A stretch of 32,000 nt of DNA from Iocasia fonsfrigidae (GTDB taxonomy: Bacteria > Bacillota > Halanaerobiia > Halanaerobiales > DTU029): contig NZ_CP046640.1 of the NCBI RefSeq assembly GCF_017751145.1, positions 444,137 to 476,136 on the forward strand, written 5' to 3'. The notes under the pieces were generated by a model that saw only the letters and a list, made by a program, of their open reading frames with translations, was not told the origin of the DNA and made no database searches. Below, in pieces: positions 17,143 through 26,596 of the stretch. How positions within the stretch are numbered: position 1 is the first letter of the stretch; every line of letters begins with the position of its first letter. Position numbers and translations under genes: made by a program.

Positions 17143-19491
17143 ATGTTTTGGATGAAAACTGCTTTCAGGAAAGATATCTTTTTACTGATGGCTGCTGCTA
17201 TTCTGCTGGGGGTTATCCTGGCTCTGGCTGGGGGTTATCTCGCTGATAATTATTTTGCTAATATGGTCAGCGGTCTTATTGGTGATTCTGGAGAATATGA
17301 CCTTTTGTTTACTATCTCCAGTGATAAGGAAGATATCGCTATAGAGCAGATTAAAAATATAGCTGCTGATACTCTCCCGGGTTCTTCTTTTAAGACAGGA
17401 CCTAAGGTGGCAGGGAGTAGTAATTACTTATTGAAAATACCTGATAAATATAAGAATGAAGAGGTATATGTTAATCTGGGCAAATATTTCTCTGATATCC
17501 CTGGGTTAATGAGCAAGACTATCATGACAGAACCGAAACTGTCTATCAGAGGTTTCAGGGGGGATACTCTGCCGGTTATTAGACCACTTATAGCTGAGAT
17601 AGAGGGAATAGACTTTATCTATCCTAGTAGTGATGGCCTTGATATTATTGTAAAAAAACCGGAGTTTCTTACTGAAGTTAAGAAAGAGATAAATAGTATT
17701 CTGAGTAATTATCATATCCTGGAGGTCAGATATCCCCTCAACCAGCACCCGTCTAACCTCGGCCAGTTGAGGGGAGAGGTTGTTGAACTGGTAGAGGGTA
17801 ACCTTGATGAGGTTATTGATGTGACGATCAGTAATGAGTCAGATCGGGTTTCTCTTTTGACCAGTTTAAAACAGATGAAGACTTTTCTGATGTCCTATGC
17901 TACTAAAGTGCTTATTAGTGATCTTGAAAATAGTGAGGCTGTTCTGGAAGGGAGTACCCTGCTGGCCAGTAATGAAGATGGTGAGCAATTTGTCCTGGAG
18001 GTAATCAGTAATACTGATCAGCAGGTCATTGCTCTGGTTCAGGAGGGGAGTATTAATAAACCCATTTCTCTGGAGGTTTATTTTCAGGACTATGGGGATG
18101 AGGTAAAATACCTGGGTAAAGGCATAGTAGATAACCCGCGCCAGGAGCTGGCTGATGCCCTGGAACAACTTAATGAAATAGCCCCTAAACTGGAGGGTTT
18201 CCTGGAACAGAGTGAACAGCTTGTTGAGTTTAGTAATATGCTCAGTGAGGATTTAGCGGGGATAAATGATGGTTTAGGTCAACTGGAAAATACCAGTCAG
18301 AAACTGAGCAGTTCTCTAGAAGAATGGCAGCAGGAGGGGCTGTCAAACTTTCTGTCTGAGTTACTGGGTATCCTTGATGATATTAAGAAAAATACAGGTG
18401 ATATTACAGATATTCAGCGGGAGCTGGTTATGACCAGTAATAATCTAAAAGAAGGTGCTGCACTGATTGAAGAAAAGATAGCCTATGTGCCGCGTAGTAA
18501 CGGTATGTATCAGCAGTTAGATGAACTGAAAGATATCTTTCTACGGCTTTCTGAAGGTTTAGATGATAATTATGACCTGGTGGCCATGAGACTGGCAGAT
18601 ATGGATCCGGTTCTAAGTTCTATTGGGAGCTGGGAGGAAAAGATTGCTTCACTACTCAAGGTTGAGGAGACCTTAAATAGTGGGGCGAACTGGCAGGAGA
18701 TCGAAGGGATTATTGCAGACATTGATCAGACTGCCAGGATTATAGATGCCAGTCAATTACAGGATAAGCTGACATCTATTCAGGAATTACTACAGGACTT
18801 AAATACCAACCGCTTACCTGTTGTTTTGAATCAACTCTCTTATATTCAGAATTCATTACCTGATCTTGAAGAATCTGAGATTGTTGAGACGATTAATTTG
18901 ATTGATAGTTATATAGCTGGTCAGGTGATTCCAGGTGATCAGATTCAACTGTTAATTAAAGGAAAATATAATAGCAAGGGGCTTGTTAATAAGATAGAAG
19001 GGGTTGTAAACAACCCGACTGTTACCTATATAGAGATGGATGCCGGGGTTTTACAGCCCAATACACGGGGGGAGATTTTTAATGTCTTAAACCAGGTCAG
19101 GGCTGTTATTTCAACAATTGTTGCTTTTGTATTTACTATACTGGTAATGATTATGGATCAATCATTGATTATAAGTACACTGAGGCTTAATGGCAGCAGG
19201 GGATATTTTTATGGTTTTGTAAGTGGGGGTTTAATCTTTAGTTTGATCTGCCTGCTGAGTGGGATAGATTTTCCTTATCTTAATTTTAGTACAGAATTTA
19301 TTGTCGGTGGTTTGTCAGGTGTTTTGATCGCATTTTTATCTAAGATGCTTAATCCAGTAGATAGAGAAGAATGGGAGGCAGGTAAGGCTCTGGGTTTTTC
19401 CACAGCAGAGATAATGCATGAGATTATTATACCGGCTGGTAAACCTGGATTACTCTACCTAATGAATTACCCCAGAATTATTTTTAAATAA
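17143..19491 (+). CDS. Unusual ABC-transporter-associated membrane protein: TM, ~600 aa extracytoplasmic helical domain, ~3 TM, C-terminal EAA-like loop
   Basis: N-terminal TM IFLLMAAAILLGVILALAGGYLA. C-terminal TMs VRAVISTIVAFVFTILVMIMD, YGFVSGGLIFSLICLLSG and FIVGGLSGVLIAFLSKML. EAA-like REEWEAGKALGFSTAEIMHEIIIPAGKPGLL. ATG at 17143 with AGGGGTGACAG upstream. It is followed 30 nt later by an ABC ATPase gene. Confidence 0.6.
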   Translation: MFWMKTAFRKDIFLLMAAAILLGVILALAGGYLADNYFANMVSGLIGDSGEYDLLFTISSDKEDIAIEQIKNIAADTLPGSSFKTGPKVAGSSNYLLKIPDKYKNEEVYVNLGKYFSDIPGLMSKTIMTEPKLSIRGFRGDTLPVIRPLIAEIEGIDFIYPSSDGLDIIVKKPEFLTEVKKEINSILSNYHILEVRYPLNQHPSNLGQLRGEVVELVEGNLDEVIDVTISNESDRVSLLTSLKQMKTFLMSYATKVLISDLENSEAVLEGSTLLASNEDGEQFVLEVISNTDQQVIALVQEGSINKPISLEVYFQDYGDEVKYLGKGIVDNPRQELADALEQLNEIAPKLEGFLEQSEQLVEFSNMLSEDLAGINDGLGQLENTSQKLSSSLEEWQQEGLSNFLSELLGILDDIKKNTGDITDIQRELVMTSNNLKEGAALIEEKIAYVPRSNGMYQQLDELKDIFLRLSEGLDDNYDLVAMRLADMDPVLSSIGSWEEKIASLLKVEETLNSGANWQEIEGIIADIDQTARIIDASQLQDKLTSIQELLQDLNTNRLPVVLNQLSYIQNSLPDLEESEIVETINLIDSYIAGQVIPGDQIQLLIKGKYNSKGLVNKIEGVVNNPTVTYIEMDAGVLQPNTRGEIFNVLNQVRAVISTIVAFVFTILVMIMDQSLIISTLRLNGSRGYFYGFVSGGLIFSLICLLSGIDFPYLNFSTEFIVGGLSGVLIAFLSKMLNPVDREEWEAGKALGFSTAEIMHEIIIPAGKPGLLYLMNYPRIIFK

Positions 19492-19521
19492 GATATTATT
19501 AAATCCCCAGGAGGGAGTATA

Positions 19522-20253
19522 ATGCTGAGGATAAAAGGTTTGAAAAAAAGCTTTAATAATGATATAGTATTAGATGAAATAGACTTTGAACTCAGGTCAG
19601 GTGAGATTACTGCTGTTATGGGGCCGAGTGGTTGTGGAAAATCAACTTTTATCCGTTCAATTAACAGACTTGTTGAACCTGATGATGGAGAGATATTTTT
19701 TAGGGACATACCGGTTCACCAGCTTACCCAGGATAAACTGGAAGGAGTCAGGCAGAATATTGGTTTTGTCTTCCAGCATTTCAATCTAATTAAACGCCTG
19801 GATGTCAAACAGAACGTTGCCCTGGGCCTTATTAAAAAGGGTTATTCAGTAGCTGAGGCCTGTGAAAAGGCAGTTCTTGCCCTGGCTGATGTGGGCCTGG
19901 CAGAGATGGGTGATGCCAGTGTATTAAACCTGAGTGGTGGTGAGAAACAGCGAGTTGGTATTGCCCGGGCCCTTGTGCTGGAACCTGAGCTGATCCTCTT
20001 TGATGAACCAACAGCTTCACTTGACCCGATACTGGTTAGAGAGGTTCTTGATGTTCTGGAGGATATTGTTGTTCGGAAACGCACTTCGATGATAATAGTT
20101 ACCCATGAAGTGACATTTGCCCGTAGAGTAGCTGATCAGGTTTATTTTATGGATAAGGGAAAATTTGTTGAATCAGGAAAACCAACAACGGTTTTTGAAA
20201 ATCCAGGCTCCTGGATAGGTAAAAAATATAAAAAAATTATCAATTATACTTAA
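19522..20253 (+). CDS. ABC transporter ATP-binding protein (GlnQ/polar amino-acid-like)
   Basis: Walker A GPSGCGKST, Q-loop VFQHFNLI, signature LSGGEKQRVGIARAL, Walker B LILFDEPTASLDP, H-loop VTHEV. Confidence 0.93.
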   Translation: MLRIKGLKKSFNNDIVLDEIDFELRSGEITAVMGPSGCGKSTFIRSINRLVEPDDGEIFFRDIPVHQLTQDKLEGVRQNIGFVFQHFNLIKRLDVKQNVALGLIKKGYSVAEACEKAVLALADVGLAEMGDASVLNLSGGEKQRVGIARALVLEPELILFDEPTASLDPILVREVLDVLEDIVVRKRTSMIIVTHEVTFARRVADQVYFMDKGKFVESGKPTTVFENPGSWIGKKYKKIINYT

Positions 20254-20328
20254 AAATAATAAAAATATGCAGGAGTTTTTATATTGCTTATTGAATTAAA
20301 GAAGATAGATATTAGAAGGAGGGGGAAA

Positions 20329-21210
20329 ATGACTAAGGGAGGTAGTTTTCAAAAGACAATCACTAAAGCAATAAATTATTCAGGTACTGCGCTTCACAGC
20401 GGTAAAGAAGTAAGTATTAAATGCCTTCCTGCTAAAGCTGATCGGGGTATTGTATTTCGCCGGGTAGACCTGCCGGGTAGTCCGGAGATTAAGGCAGATC
20501 CGTTAAATGTAGTTTCTACCAGGAGATGTACCAGTATTGGCTTGAGTACTAATGAAGAAGCCAGGGTACACACTATAGAACATATTATGTCAGCTTTATG
20601 GGCTATGGGTGTTGATAATGCTATTATAGAGATTGATAATGCTGAGACCCCTGTTGGTGATGGTAGTGCCCTTCCCTTTATTGATTTGATTAAACAGGCT
20701 ACTATCAGGGAATTAGCTGTACCACGTATGAGCTGGCAGATAGAAGAACCAGTTTCAGTTAAAAAAGGGGATATGTATATGGTTGCCCTGCCCTATGATG
20801 GGTTTAAAATAAGTTATACCCTTCATTATGACCACCCTGTGATTGGTTCACAGTTTAGGGAGTTTGACATGGGTAGGGATTCCTTTATAGATGATTTTGC
20901 TCCGGCAAGGACCTTTGGTTTTGAGAGGGAGATTGAGACCCTTCATAGAAGAGGACTGGCCTTAGGGGGAAGTCTGGAGAATGCTGTTTTGATTGGCGAA
21001 GAGGGAACTGTAAATCCCCTGCGTTTCTCTGATGAGTTTGCCAGACATAAGGTGCTTGATGTTGTCGGTGATATGGCCTTAAACGGTTATATTCGCGGGC
21101 ACATTATTTCTGTTAAATCAGGACATTACCTACATGTAGAACTGGCTAAAGAAATAAAGAAAAGGTTTGTTATTGAAGAGGAGGTAGAAGTAAGTAATGA
21201 TGTATATTAA
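20329..21210 (+). CDS. lpxC: UDP-3-O-acyl-N-acetylglucosamine deacetylase LpxC
   Basis: QKTITKAINYSGTALHSGKEVSIKCLPAKADRGIVFRRVDL, HTIEHIMSALWAMGVDNAIIEIDNAETPVGDGSALPFI, RTFGFEREIE..., FARHKVLDVVGDMALNGYIRGHI. ATG at 20329 with AGGAGGGGG upstream. Confidence 0.95.
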   Translation: MTKGGSFQKTITKAINYSGTALHSGKEVSIKCLPAKADRGIVFRRVDLPGSPEIKADPLNVVSTRRCTSIGLSTNEEARVHTIEHIMSALWAMGVDNAIIEIDNAETPVGDGSALPFIDLIKQATIRELAVPRMSWQIEEPVSVKKGDMYMVALPYDGFKISYTLHYDHPVIGSQFREFDMGRDSFIDDFAPARTFGFEREIETLHRRGLALGGSLENAVLIGEEGTVNPLRFSDEFARHKVLDVVGDMALNGYIRGHIISVKSGHYLHVELAKEIKKRFVIEEEVEVSNDVY

Positions 21211-21625
21211 TGAGATTCAGGAAATATTACCACACCGATATCCTTTTTTACTGGTAGACAGGATAGTGGAATTGAAAGAGGAAAAGGTTGTTGGTCTTAA
21301 GAATGTAACAATGAATGAAGAATTTTTTCAGGGGCATTATCCAGGACACCCTATTATGCCTGGTGTTTTAATTGTAGAATCAATGGCCCAAGTATCAGGT
21401 TTTTTATTGATGCACAGTCATAGTGATCTGGAAGATAAGATACCACTATTTGCAGGTATTGATAAGGTCAGGATCCGCCGGCCGGTTATACCTGGCGACA
21501 CCTTAAAGATTGAGGCTGAAATTATCAGGGCCAGGGGTCGAATTGCTAAAGTTTTGGCCAATGCCTATGTGGAAGATAAACTAGTGACTGAGGCAGAATT
21601 GATGTTTGCCTTTGAAGATAAATAG
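21197..21625 (+). CDS. fabZ: 3-hydroxyacyl-ACP dehydratase FabZ
   Basis: EIQEILPHRYPFLLVDRIVEL...NVTMNEEFFQGHYPGHPIMPGVLIVESMAQVSGFL is the classic FabZ signature. Confidence 0.96.
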   Translation: MMYINEIQEILPHRYPFLLVDRIVELKEEKVVGLKNVTMNEEFFQGHYPGHPIMPGVLIVESMAQVSGFLLMHSHSDLEDKIPLFAGIDKVRIRRPVIPGDTLKIEAEIIRARGRIAKVLANAYVEDKLVTEAELMFAFEDK

Positions 21626-21641
21626 AAGGGAGAGAGGGGTT

Positions 21642-22451
21642 TTGAGTCAAAGAGCGGAAAGGAAACTGCTCCATATGGCTGATATACATTCAACAGCCAT
21701 TATTAAGCCTGGAGCAAAACTTGGTAAGGGTGTAGAGATAGGCCCTTACAGTATTATTGGAGAGAATGTTGAGATAGGGGAGGGTACAAAAGTTGGTCCA
21801 CATGTACTCATAGAAGGCTGGACCAAGCTAGGTAAGAATAATCAAATTTTTCACGGGGCCTCGATAGGTCTGGAACCACAGGATATGAAATTCAAGGGTG
21901 AAGAGAGTTATCTCTTTATCGGTGATAATAATACTATCCGGGAAAATGCTACCATACACCGTGGAACAGAAGAGGGTGGTGGGGAGACCTGGATTGGTAA
22001 TGATAACCTAATTATGGCTTATTGTCATGTGGCTCATGATTGTCAACTGGGTAATCATATTATTATGTCAAATGCTACTAATTTAGCTGGACATGTTATT
22101 GTTGAAGATTATGCTGTACTTACCGGTTTAACTGGTATCCATCAGTTTGTTAGAATAGGTAAGATGGCTATGGTTGGTGCCCATTCCAAGGTGGTTAAGG
22201 ATGTACCACCTTATGTTTTAGTAGACGGCCACCCGGCCCGGGTCAATGGTATTAATGTAGTCGGCCTGCGGCGCAATGGTGTTTCGCCAGAATTAAGGTC
22301 AGAGATAAAGCGGGCATATAAATTACTTTATCGTTCCAATCTTAATATCTCTCAGGCCATTGAAAAAATGGATCAAGAACTGGATGCCAGTGAAGAGATA
22401 GAACACTTTCTGCGGTTTTTACGGAATGCTCAGCGCGGTATCTGTAGGTAG
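21642..22451 (+). CDS. lpxA: UDP-N-acetylglucosamine O-acyltransferase LpxA
   Basis: MADIHSTAIIKPGAKLGKGVEIGPYSIIGENVEIGEGTKVGPHVLIEG and HRGTEEGGGETWIGNDNLIMAYCHVAHDCQLGNHIIMSNATNLAGHV. Start is either TTG 21642 (good RBS) or ATG 21675. Confidence 0.95.
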   Translation: MSQRAERKLLHMADIHSTAIIKPGAKLGKGVEIGPYSIIGENVEIGEGTKVGPHVLIEGWTKLGKNNQIFHGASIGLEPQDMKFKGEESYLFIGDNNTIRENATIHRGTEEGGGETWIGNDNLIMAYCHVAHDCQLGNHIIMSNATNLAGHVIVEDYAVLTGLTGIHQFVRIGKMAMVGAHSKVVKDVPPYVLVDGHPARVNGINVVGLRRNGVSPELRSEIKRAYKLLYRSNLNISQAIEKMDQELDASEEIEHFLRFLRNAQRGICR

Positions 22452-22462
22452 TGTGATTTGAT

Positions 22463-23275
22463 ATGTCCAGGATAGGTTTGCTTGCTGGTAAAGGACGCTT
22501 GCCATTTATCTGGGCGAAAGCAGCCCAGCAAAATGGACATGAGGTATATATTTATAGATTAATAAAAGAAGAGAAAAGAGAGCTGGAGGGAATTGCTGAT
22601 CAGGTAAGAGATATTAATGTTGCTGCCCTGGATGAACTTATCAATACCATTAAAGCAGACGGCATTAAAGAATTAGTTATGATTGGTAAGGTCGAAAAAA
22701 CACTGCTTTTTCAGGGTGTTCAACTAGATCAGAGGATGGAGAGACTCCTGGCAGGGCTTGATGTCCTTCAGGATGATAATATTATGCTGGCTTTTGTGGC
22801 AGAACTGGCCAGTGAGGGTATTAAAGTAATAGATCAGGCTACTTATATAAGGGAATTGTTTCCTGAAGCAGGATTATTAACTTCAGGCAAACCTGATGAG
22901 CAATTACTTTCAGATATGAAGTACGGCTTTCAGATAGCCCGTGAGATAGGCAGGCTGGATATTGGACAGACGGTTGTTGTTAAAAACAAGGCTGTACTGG
23001 CTGTTGAAGCTATTGAGGGCACTGACCTGGCCATAAAACGCGCTGGTCAGCTCGGTGGTCCAGGGGCTGTGGTTGCTAAAGTGAGTAAACCACAGCAGGA
23101 CTGGCGGTTTGATATACCAACAATTGGTGAAACAACTATTAGAAATTTAATAGAGATTAATGCCAGAGGGCTGGTCATAGAAGCCGGTAAGACTTTTATA
23201 ATCGAACAGGAGAGCTTAATTAAGGAAGCAGAGAGACATGGTATTATAATTATGGCTATGGAAGCTTCAGGTTAG
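22463..23275 (+). CDS. lpxI: UDP-2,3-diacylglucosamine diphosphatase LpxI (DUF1009)
   Basis: IGLLAGKGRLPFIWAKAAQQNGHEVYI, VMIGKVEKTLLFQG, KPDEQLLSDMKYGFQIAREIGRLDIGQTVVVKNKAVLAVEAIEGTD match the LpxI family. Confidence 0.93.
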   Translation: MSRIGLLAGKGRLPFIWAKAAQQNGHEVYIYRLIKEEKRELEGIADQVRDINVAALDELINTIKADGIKELVMIGKVEKTLLFQGVQLDQRMERLLAGLDVLQDDNIMLAFVAELASEGIKVIDQATYIRELFPEAGLLTSGKPDEQLLSDMKYGFQIAREIGRLDIGQTVVVKNKAVLAVEAIEGTDLAIKRAGQLGGPGAVVAKVSKPQQDWRFDIPTIGETTIRNLIEINARGLVIEAGKTFIIEQESLIKEAERHGIIIMAMEASG

Positions 23276-23279
23276 TGAG

Positions 23280-24425
23280 GTGGGCCTTTTGGGTAAGATA
23301 ATGGTTGTTACAGGTGAAGTCTCCGGTGATATGCATGCTGCACAGGTGGTAAAGGCTATTAAGGAGATTGCACCTGATATTACTTTTTATGGGATGGGTT
23401 CTACATTTTTAAAAAAAGAGGGTGTCGAGATATTAATTGACCCGGGGGAACTGAGTACGATTGGTTTTATTGAAGCTTTTAAGAACACCAGACAGCACTT
23501 AGCCAATCTCAGGCTCCTTAAAAAGAGTGTTAAGGAGAGGAGACCAGACCTTATCTTACTGGTAGACAACTCTGGGTTTAATATGCTGCTGGCCCGTGCG
23601 GTTAGTAGACTCGGTGTCCCGCTTGTTAATTACTTTAGTCCTTCTGCCTGGGTGTGGGGCAGCTGGCGGGCCGGATGGATGACCCGCTATCGAGCAACAA
23701 TTGCCTCTGTCTTTCCCATGGAAGCCGAAGTATACCGTCGGGCAGGAGCTGACGTAGAGTTTGTAGGTCACCCGCTCCTGGATATGGTCAGGGTAAATAA
23801 GGAAAAAGAGGAGATCTGTCATGATTTAGAATTATCCCCTGATAGACCGGTTATCGGTCTTCTACCGGGGAGTCGCCGACAGGAAGTAGAAAAACTCCTT
23901 CCTGATATGTTGGAGGCAGCAGCAGAACTTGCTAAAGAGAATAAAGGGTATCAATTTGTGCTACCTCTGGCTGATGGTATTGACAGGTCATTTGTCGCCA
24001 GGAGAGCTGCCAGGTACAGCTTGGTAGTTAAACTGGTTGAGGGCTTTTCTCATGAGGTAATGAAGATTGCTGCTGTGCTGGTTACAGCTTCAGGGACAGC
24101 TACTCTGGAGGCAGCAATTATCGGTACACCGATGTTGATCGTCTATCGGACCAGTGCCTCTACCTATTGGTTGGCTACTAAGCTGATGAAGACTGACTAT
24201 GTTGGCCTGCCCAATATAATTGCTGGTAAAGAGATAGTACCAGAATTAATTCAGCAGAATTTGACAGCTGACAGGATACTCTTTGAGCTGAAGTGTCTGC
24301 TGGAGAGTCCTTTTGCACTCAGAGAAGCTAGAGAACAACTAGCAGGGGTCAAACAGAAACTGGGCTCTAGTGGTGCTGTCAGGCGTGTTGCTGAACTGGT
24401 ATTGAAGAAAGCTAATTTGTCTTAA
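23280..24425 (+). CDS. lpxB: Lipid-A-disaccharide synthase LpxB
   Basis: VVTGEVSGDMHAAQVVKAIKE, VLLVDNSGFNMLLARAVSRLGVPLVNYFSPSAWVWG, GLLPGSRRQEVEKLLPDML, VTASGTATLEAAIIGTPMLIVYR. GTG start. Confidence 0.95.
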   Translation: MGLLGKIMVVTGEVSGDMHAAQVVKAIKEIAPDITFYGMGSTFLKKEGVEILIDPGELSTIGFIEAFKNTRQHLANLRLLKKSVKERRPDLILLVDNSGFNMLLARAVSRLGVPLVNYFSPSAWVWGSWRAGWMTRYRATIASVFPMEAEVYRRAGADVEFVGHPLLDMVRVNKEKEEICHDLELSPDRPVIGLLPGSRRQEVEKLLPDMLEAAAELAKENKGYQFVLPLADGIDRSFVARRAARYSLVVKLVEGFSHEVMKIAAVLVTASGTATLEAAIIGTPMLIVYRTSASTYWLATKLMKTDYVGLPNIIAGKEIVPELIQQNLTADRILFELKCLLESPFALREAREQLAGVKQKLGSSGAVRRVAELVLKKANLS

Positions 24426-24446
24426 GATAATTATGAATATATCTTC

Positions 24447-24570
24447 GACAAATATATTTACTTCCCTTGCCGTGCGCTGCGGTGTCCTACCTCCGCTTAC
24501 TGTCGTGAAATTGTCCTTCGGCGTCCTGCCTACGTACAATTTCAAGAGTCATCCAGTAAATATATTTGTC
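24447..24570. repeat. ~124-bp palindromic dispersed intergenic repeat, copy 2
   Basis: GACAAATATATTTACTTCCC...CCAGTAAATATATTTGTC. The 15-bp outer arms are perfectly complementary and the sequence is near-identical to copies 1 and 3. Confidence 0.93.
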
Positions 24571-24628
24571 TAAGTTACAGAATAATATGTTTGTTTTGGA
24601 TTTCTTTAGTAATAGAGGGGTTGATATT

Positions 24629-25219
24629 ATGTCAGGTAGGGTTTTTGCTCTTGTTTTATTAATTACAGTGGTATTAATAAGCGGGGTTTACTTTGCTTTT
24701 ACCTATCAACCTGCAGTTGATGAAAGCGATGACAGCAGTACAGAGACTCTGGAGGCAGATACAATCCCTGAGAATAAATTTAAGGATATTGATTTGACTG
24801 TTTTTAATGGGGATGATTCTGTTAGCTGGCAGATAAAGTCCAGTGATATTAGCAGTTTTTCACAGGGAGAACTGCTTAAGCTATCACCACTCAAGCTTAC
24901 TGCCTATGATGAGAATGATGAGGTCTTATATACTATTACTGCTGATTACTGTAATTACCGCTCTGCACTGGGTGAGATGGAGATTACTGGTTCTGTTGTG
25001 ATGGAAAAGGATGAACTGAGGATGATGACAGCCCATCTTGACTGGGACAGGGATGAAGAATTAATCAGAGGTAGTGGTGGTGTTAGTTTTACTTCACCAT
25101 CCTATCAGTTGACAGGTGGGAGGTTTCAGGCTAATACTGATTTTAGCCAGATAACTGTCTATAAAGATGAGCAGGAGCGGGCAGCACTTCTCTGGAAAGA
25201 GGTGGGTAAGGGTTCATGA
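24629..25219 (+). CDS. lptC: LPS export ABC transporter periplasmic protein LptC
   Basis: Single N-terminal TM then LptC/YrbK-like sequence (FKDIDLTVFNGDDSVSWQIKSSDISSFSQGELLKLSPLKLTAYDENDEVLYTITAD...). Immediately upstream of lptA-lptB. Confidence 0.85.
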   Translation: MSGRVFALVLLITVVLISGVYFAFTYQPAVDESDDSSTETLEADTIPENKFKDIDLTVFNGDDSVSWQIKSSDISSFSQGELLKLSPLKLTAYDENDEVLYTITADYCNYRSALGEMEITGSVVMEKDELRMMTAHLDWDRDEELIRGSGGVSFTSPSYQLTGGRFQANTDFSQITVYKDEQERAALLWKEVGKGS

Positions 25220-25854
25220 AGATAATAAATAAATGTACTTATTTAATAATATTAATACTTGTTTTAGCAGTAATAATTATTAATGTTACAGTTTTATCTG
25301 CTGAAGGAGAAGATGGTATATTTGGTGATGAGATAAGTATTAGTTCACTGGAACCCTCTGGACAGGAAATAACTGCTCGCGGGAGTGCTCTAGTAATCTA
25401 TAATGACCTCCGTTTGGAGGCAGAGACAATTTATTATAATTCAGTGACTGGGGAAGTAAATTTGGATGAGGATATTTTGCTAGTGGATCAGGATTACCAG
25501 CTCACTGCTGATGAATTAAAAGGAAATCTTACTGAAGAATCTTTTACTGCCAGGGGTAATGTAGAGCTCACAGGTACAGATGCTTTCCTGACAGGTGAAG
25601 AGTTATTCTATGATAGGATAGCAGGGGAAGTAATAGTTAAGGGTAGACCCTATCTGGAATATCAGGATATTAAGGCCAGGGCAGATCAGATTAGATATTA
25701 TACTGATAAAAACCTGGCTTATCTGACAGGGAATGTTAGTGGAGAACAATTGGGACATAGTTTTTCTGGTGAAAAAATGGAACTGGATCTGGTGACTGGT
25801 AAAATGACCCTGGCAGGTGGAGCCCATTTTCTCTATGAGAATAGAGGGGAATAG
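25216..25854 (+). CDS. lptA: LptA/OstA-like periplasmic LPS transport protein
   Basis: Signal peptide then an OstA-like repeat pattern (ITARGSALVIYNDLRLEAETIYYNSVTGEVNLDEDILLVDQDYQLTADELKGNL...). Confidence 0.85.
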   Translation: MKIINKCTYLIILILVLAVIIINVTVLSAEGEDGIFGDEISISSLEPSGQEITARGSALVIYNDLRLEAETIYYNSVTGEVNLDEDILLVDQDYQLTADELKGNLTEESFTARGNVELTGTDAFLTGEELFYDRIAGEVIVKGRPYLEYQDIKARADQIRYYTDKNLAYLTGNVSGEQLGHSFSGEKMELDLVTGKMTLAGGAHFLYENRGE

Positions 25855-25857
25855 CAG

Positions 25858-26577
25858 ATGACAATCATAGCTAAAGAGCTGATTAAGGAATATAATAAAC
25901 AACGAGTTGTAGATAGAGTGGACTTAAGGGTTGAGCATGGAGAGATAGTAGGGCTGCTGGGACCAAATGGTGCTGGTAAGACTACTACTTTCTATATGGT
26001 AGTCGGTTTGATTAAACCTGAAGGTGGAGAAATCTGGCTTGATAATGATAATATTACCAGACTGCCTGTTTATCTCAGGGCCAGGAAAGGTATTGGTTAT
26101 CTAGCACAGGAGGCTTCTGTTTTTCAGAAACTATCAGTTGCAGATAATATAATGTCTATTTTACAGGCCAGGAATCTGAGTAATGATGAGGCTTGTGAGT
26201 TTATGGAGAAACTGCTGGATGAGTTTGGTATCAGTCGTTTAAGAGATAGAAAGGGCTATCAGTTATCTGGAGGGGAAAGACGCCGGGTGGAAATTGCAAG
26301 GGCTCTGGCCACAGAACCTTCTTTTATCCTGTTAGATGAACCCTTTGCCGGGGTAGATCCAATAGCTGTCTGTGATATACAGAATATTATTAGCTATCTA
26401 AAAGACAGGGGGCTGGGGGTTTTAATTACTGACCATAATGTACGCGAAACACTGACCATCATTGACCGGGCCTATATTATGCATGAAGGTGAAATACTTT
26501 TATCCGGTAATTCAGAAGAGGTAGCCTCCAGTGAGCTGGCCCGTAAATTTTATCTGGGGGAAAGATTTACGATGTAG
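25858..26577 (+). CDS. lptB: LPS export ABC transporter ATPase LptB
   Basis: LVKEYNKQ-type start, GLLGPNGAGKTTTFYMVVGLIKPEGGEIWLD, GIGYLAQEASVFQKLSVADNIM, LSGGERRRVEIARALATEPSFILLDEPFAGVDPIAV, GVLITDHNVRETL. Confidence 0.97.
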   Translation: MTIIAKELIKEYNKQRVVDRVDLRVEHGEIVGLLGPNGAGKTTTFYMVVGLIKPEGGEIWLDNDNITRLPVYLRARKGIGYLAQEASVFQKLSVADNIMSILQARNLSNDEACEFMEKLLDEFGISRLRDRKGYQLSGGERRRVEIARALATEPSFILLDEPFAGVDPIAVCDIQNIISYLKDRGLGVLITDHNVRETLTIIDRAYIMHEGEILLSGNSEEVASSELARKFYLGERFTM

Positions 26578-26596
26578 GTTGGATTGTTATAAGACC

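Noticed and set aside
17143-19491. Interpretation of the large membrane protein as MlaD/MCE or LptG
   Set aside because: I see no MCE domain signature, and the sequence lacks the LptF/G permease motifs seen at 26804-27895. The EAA-like loop points elsewhere.
19842-20084. Minus-strand ORFs opposite the ABC ATPase (also 19832-20020)
   Set aside because: Ser/Arg-rich artefactual translations antisense to conserved ABC motifs.
19522-20253. Assigning the ATPase as a conventional glutamine importer (glnQ)
   Set aside because: No solute-binding protein or standard HisM/GlnP permease is adjacent; only the ATPase subfamily resembles GlnQ.
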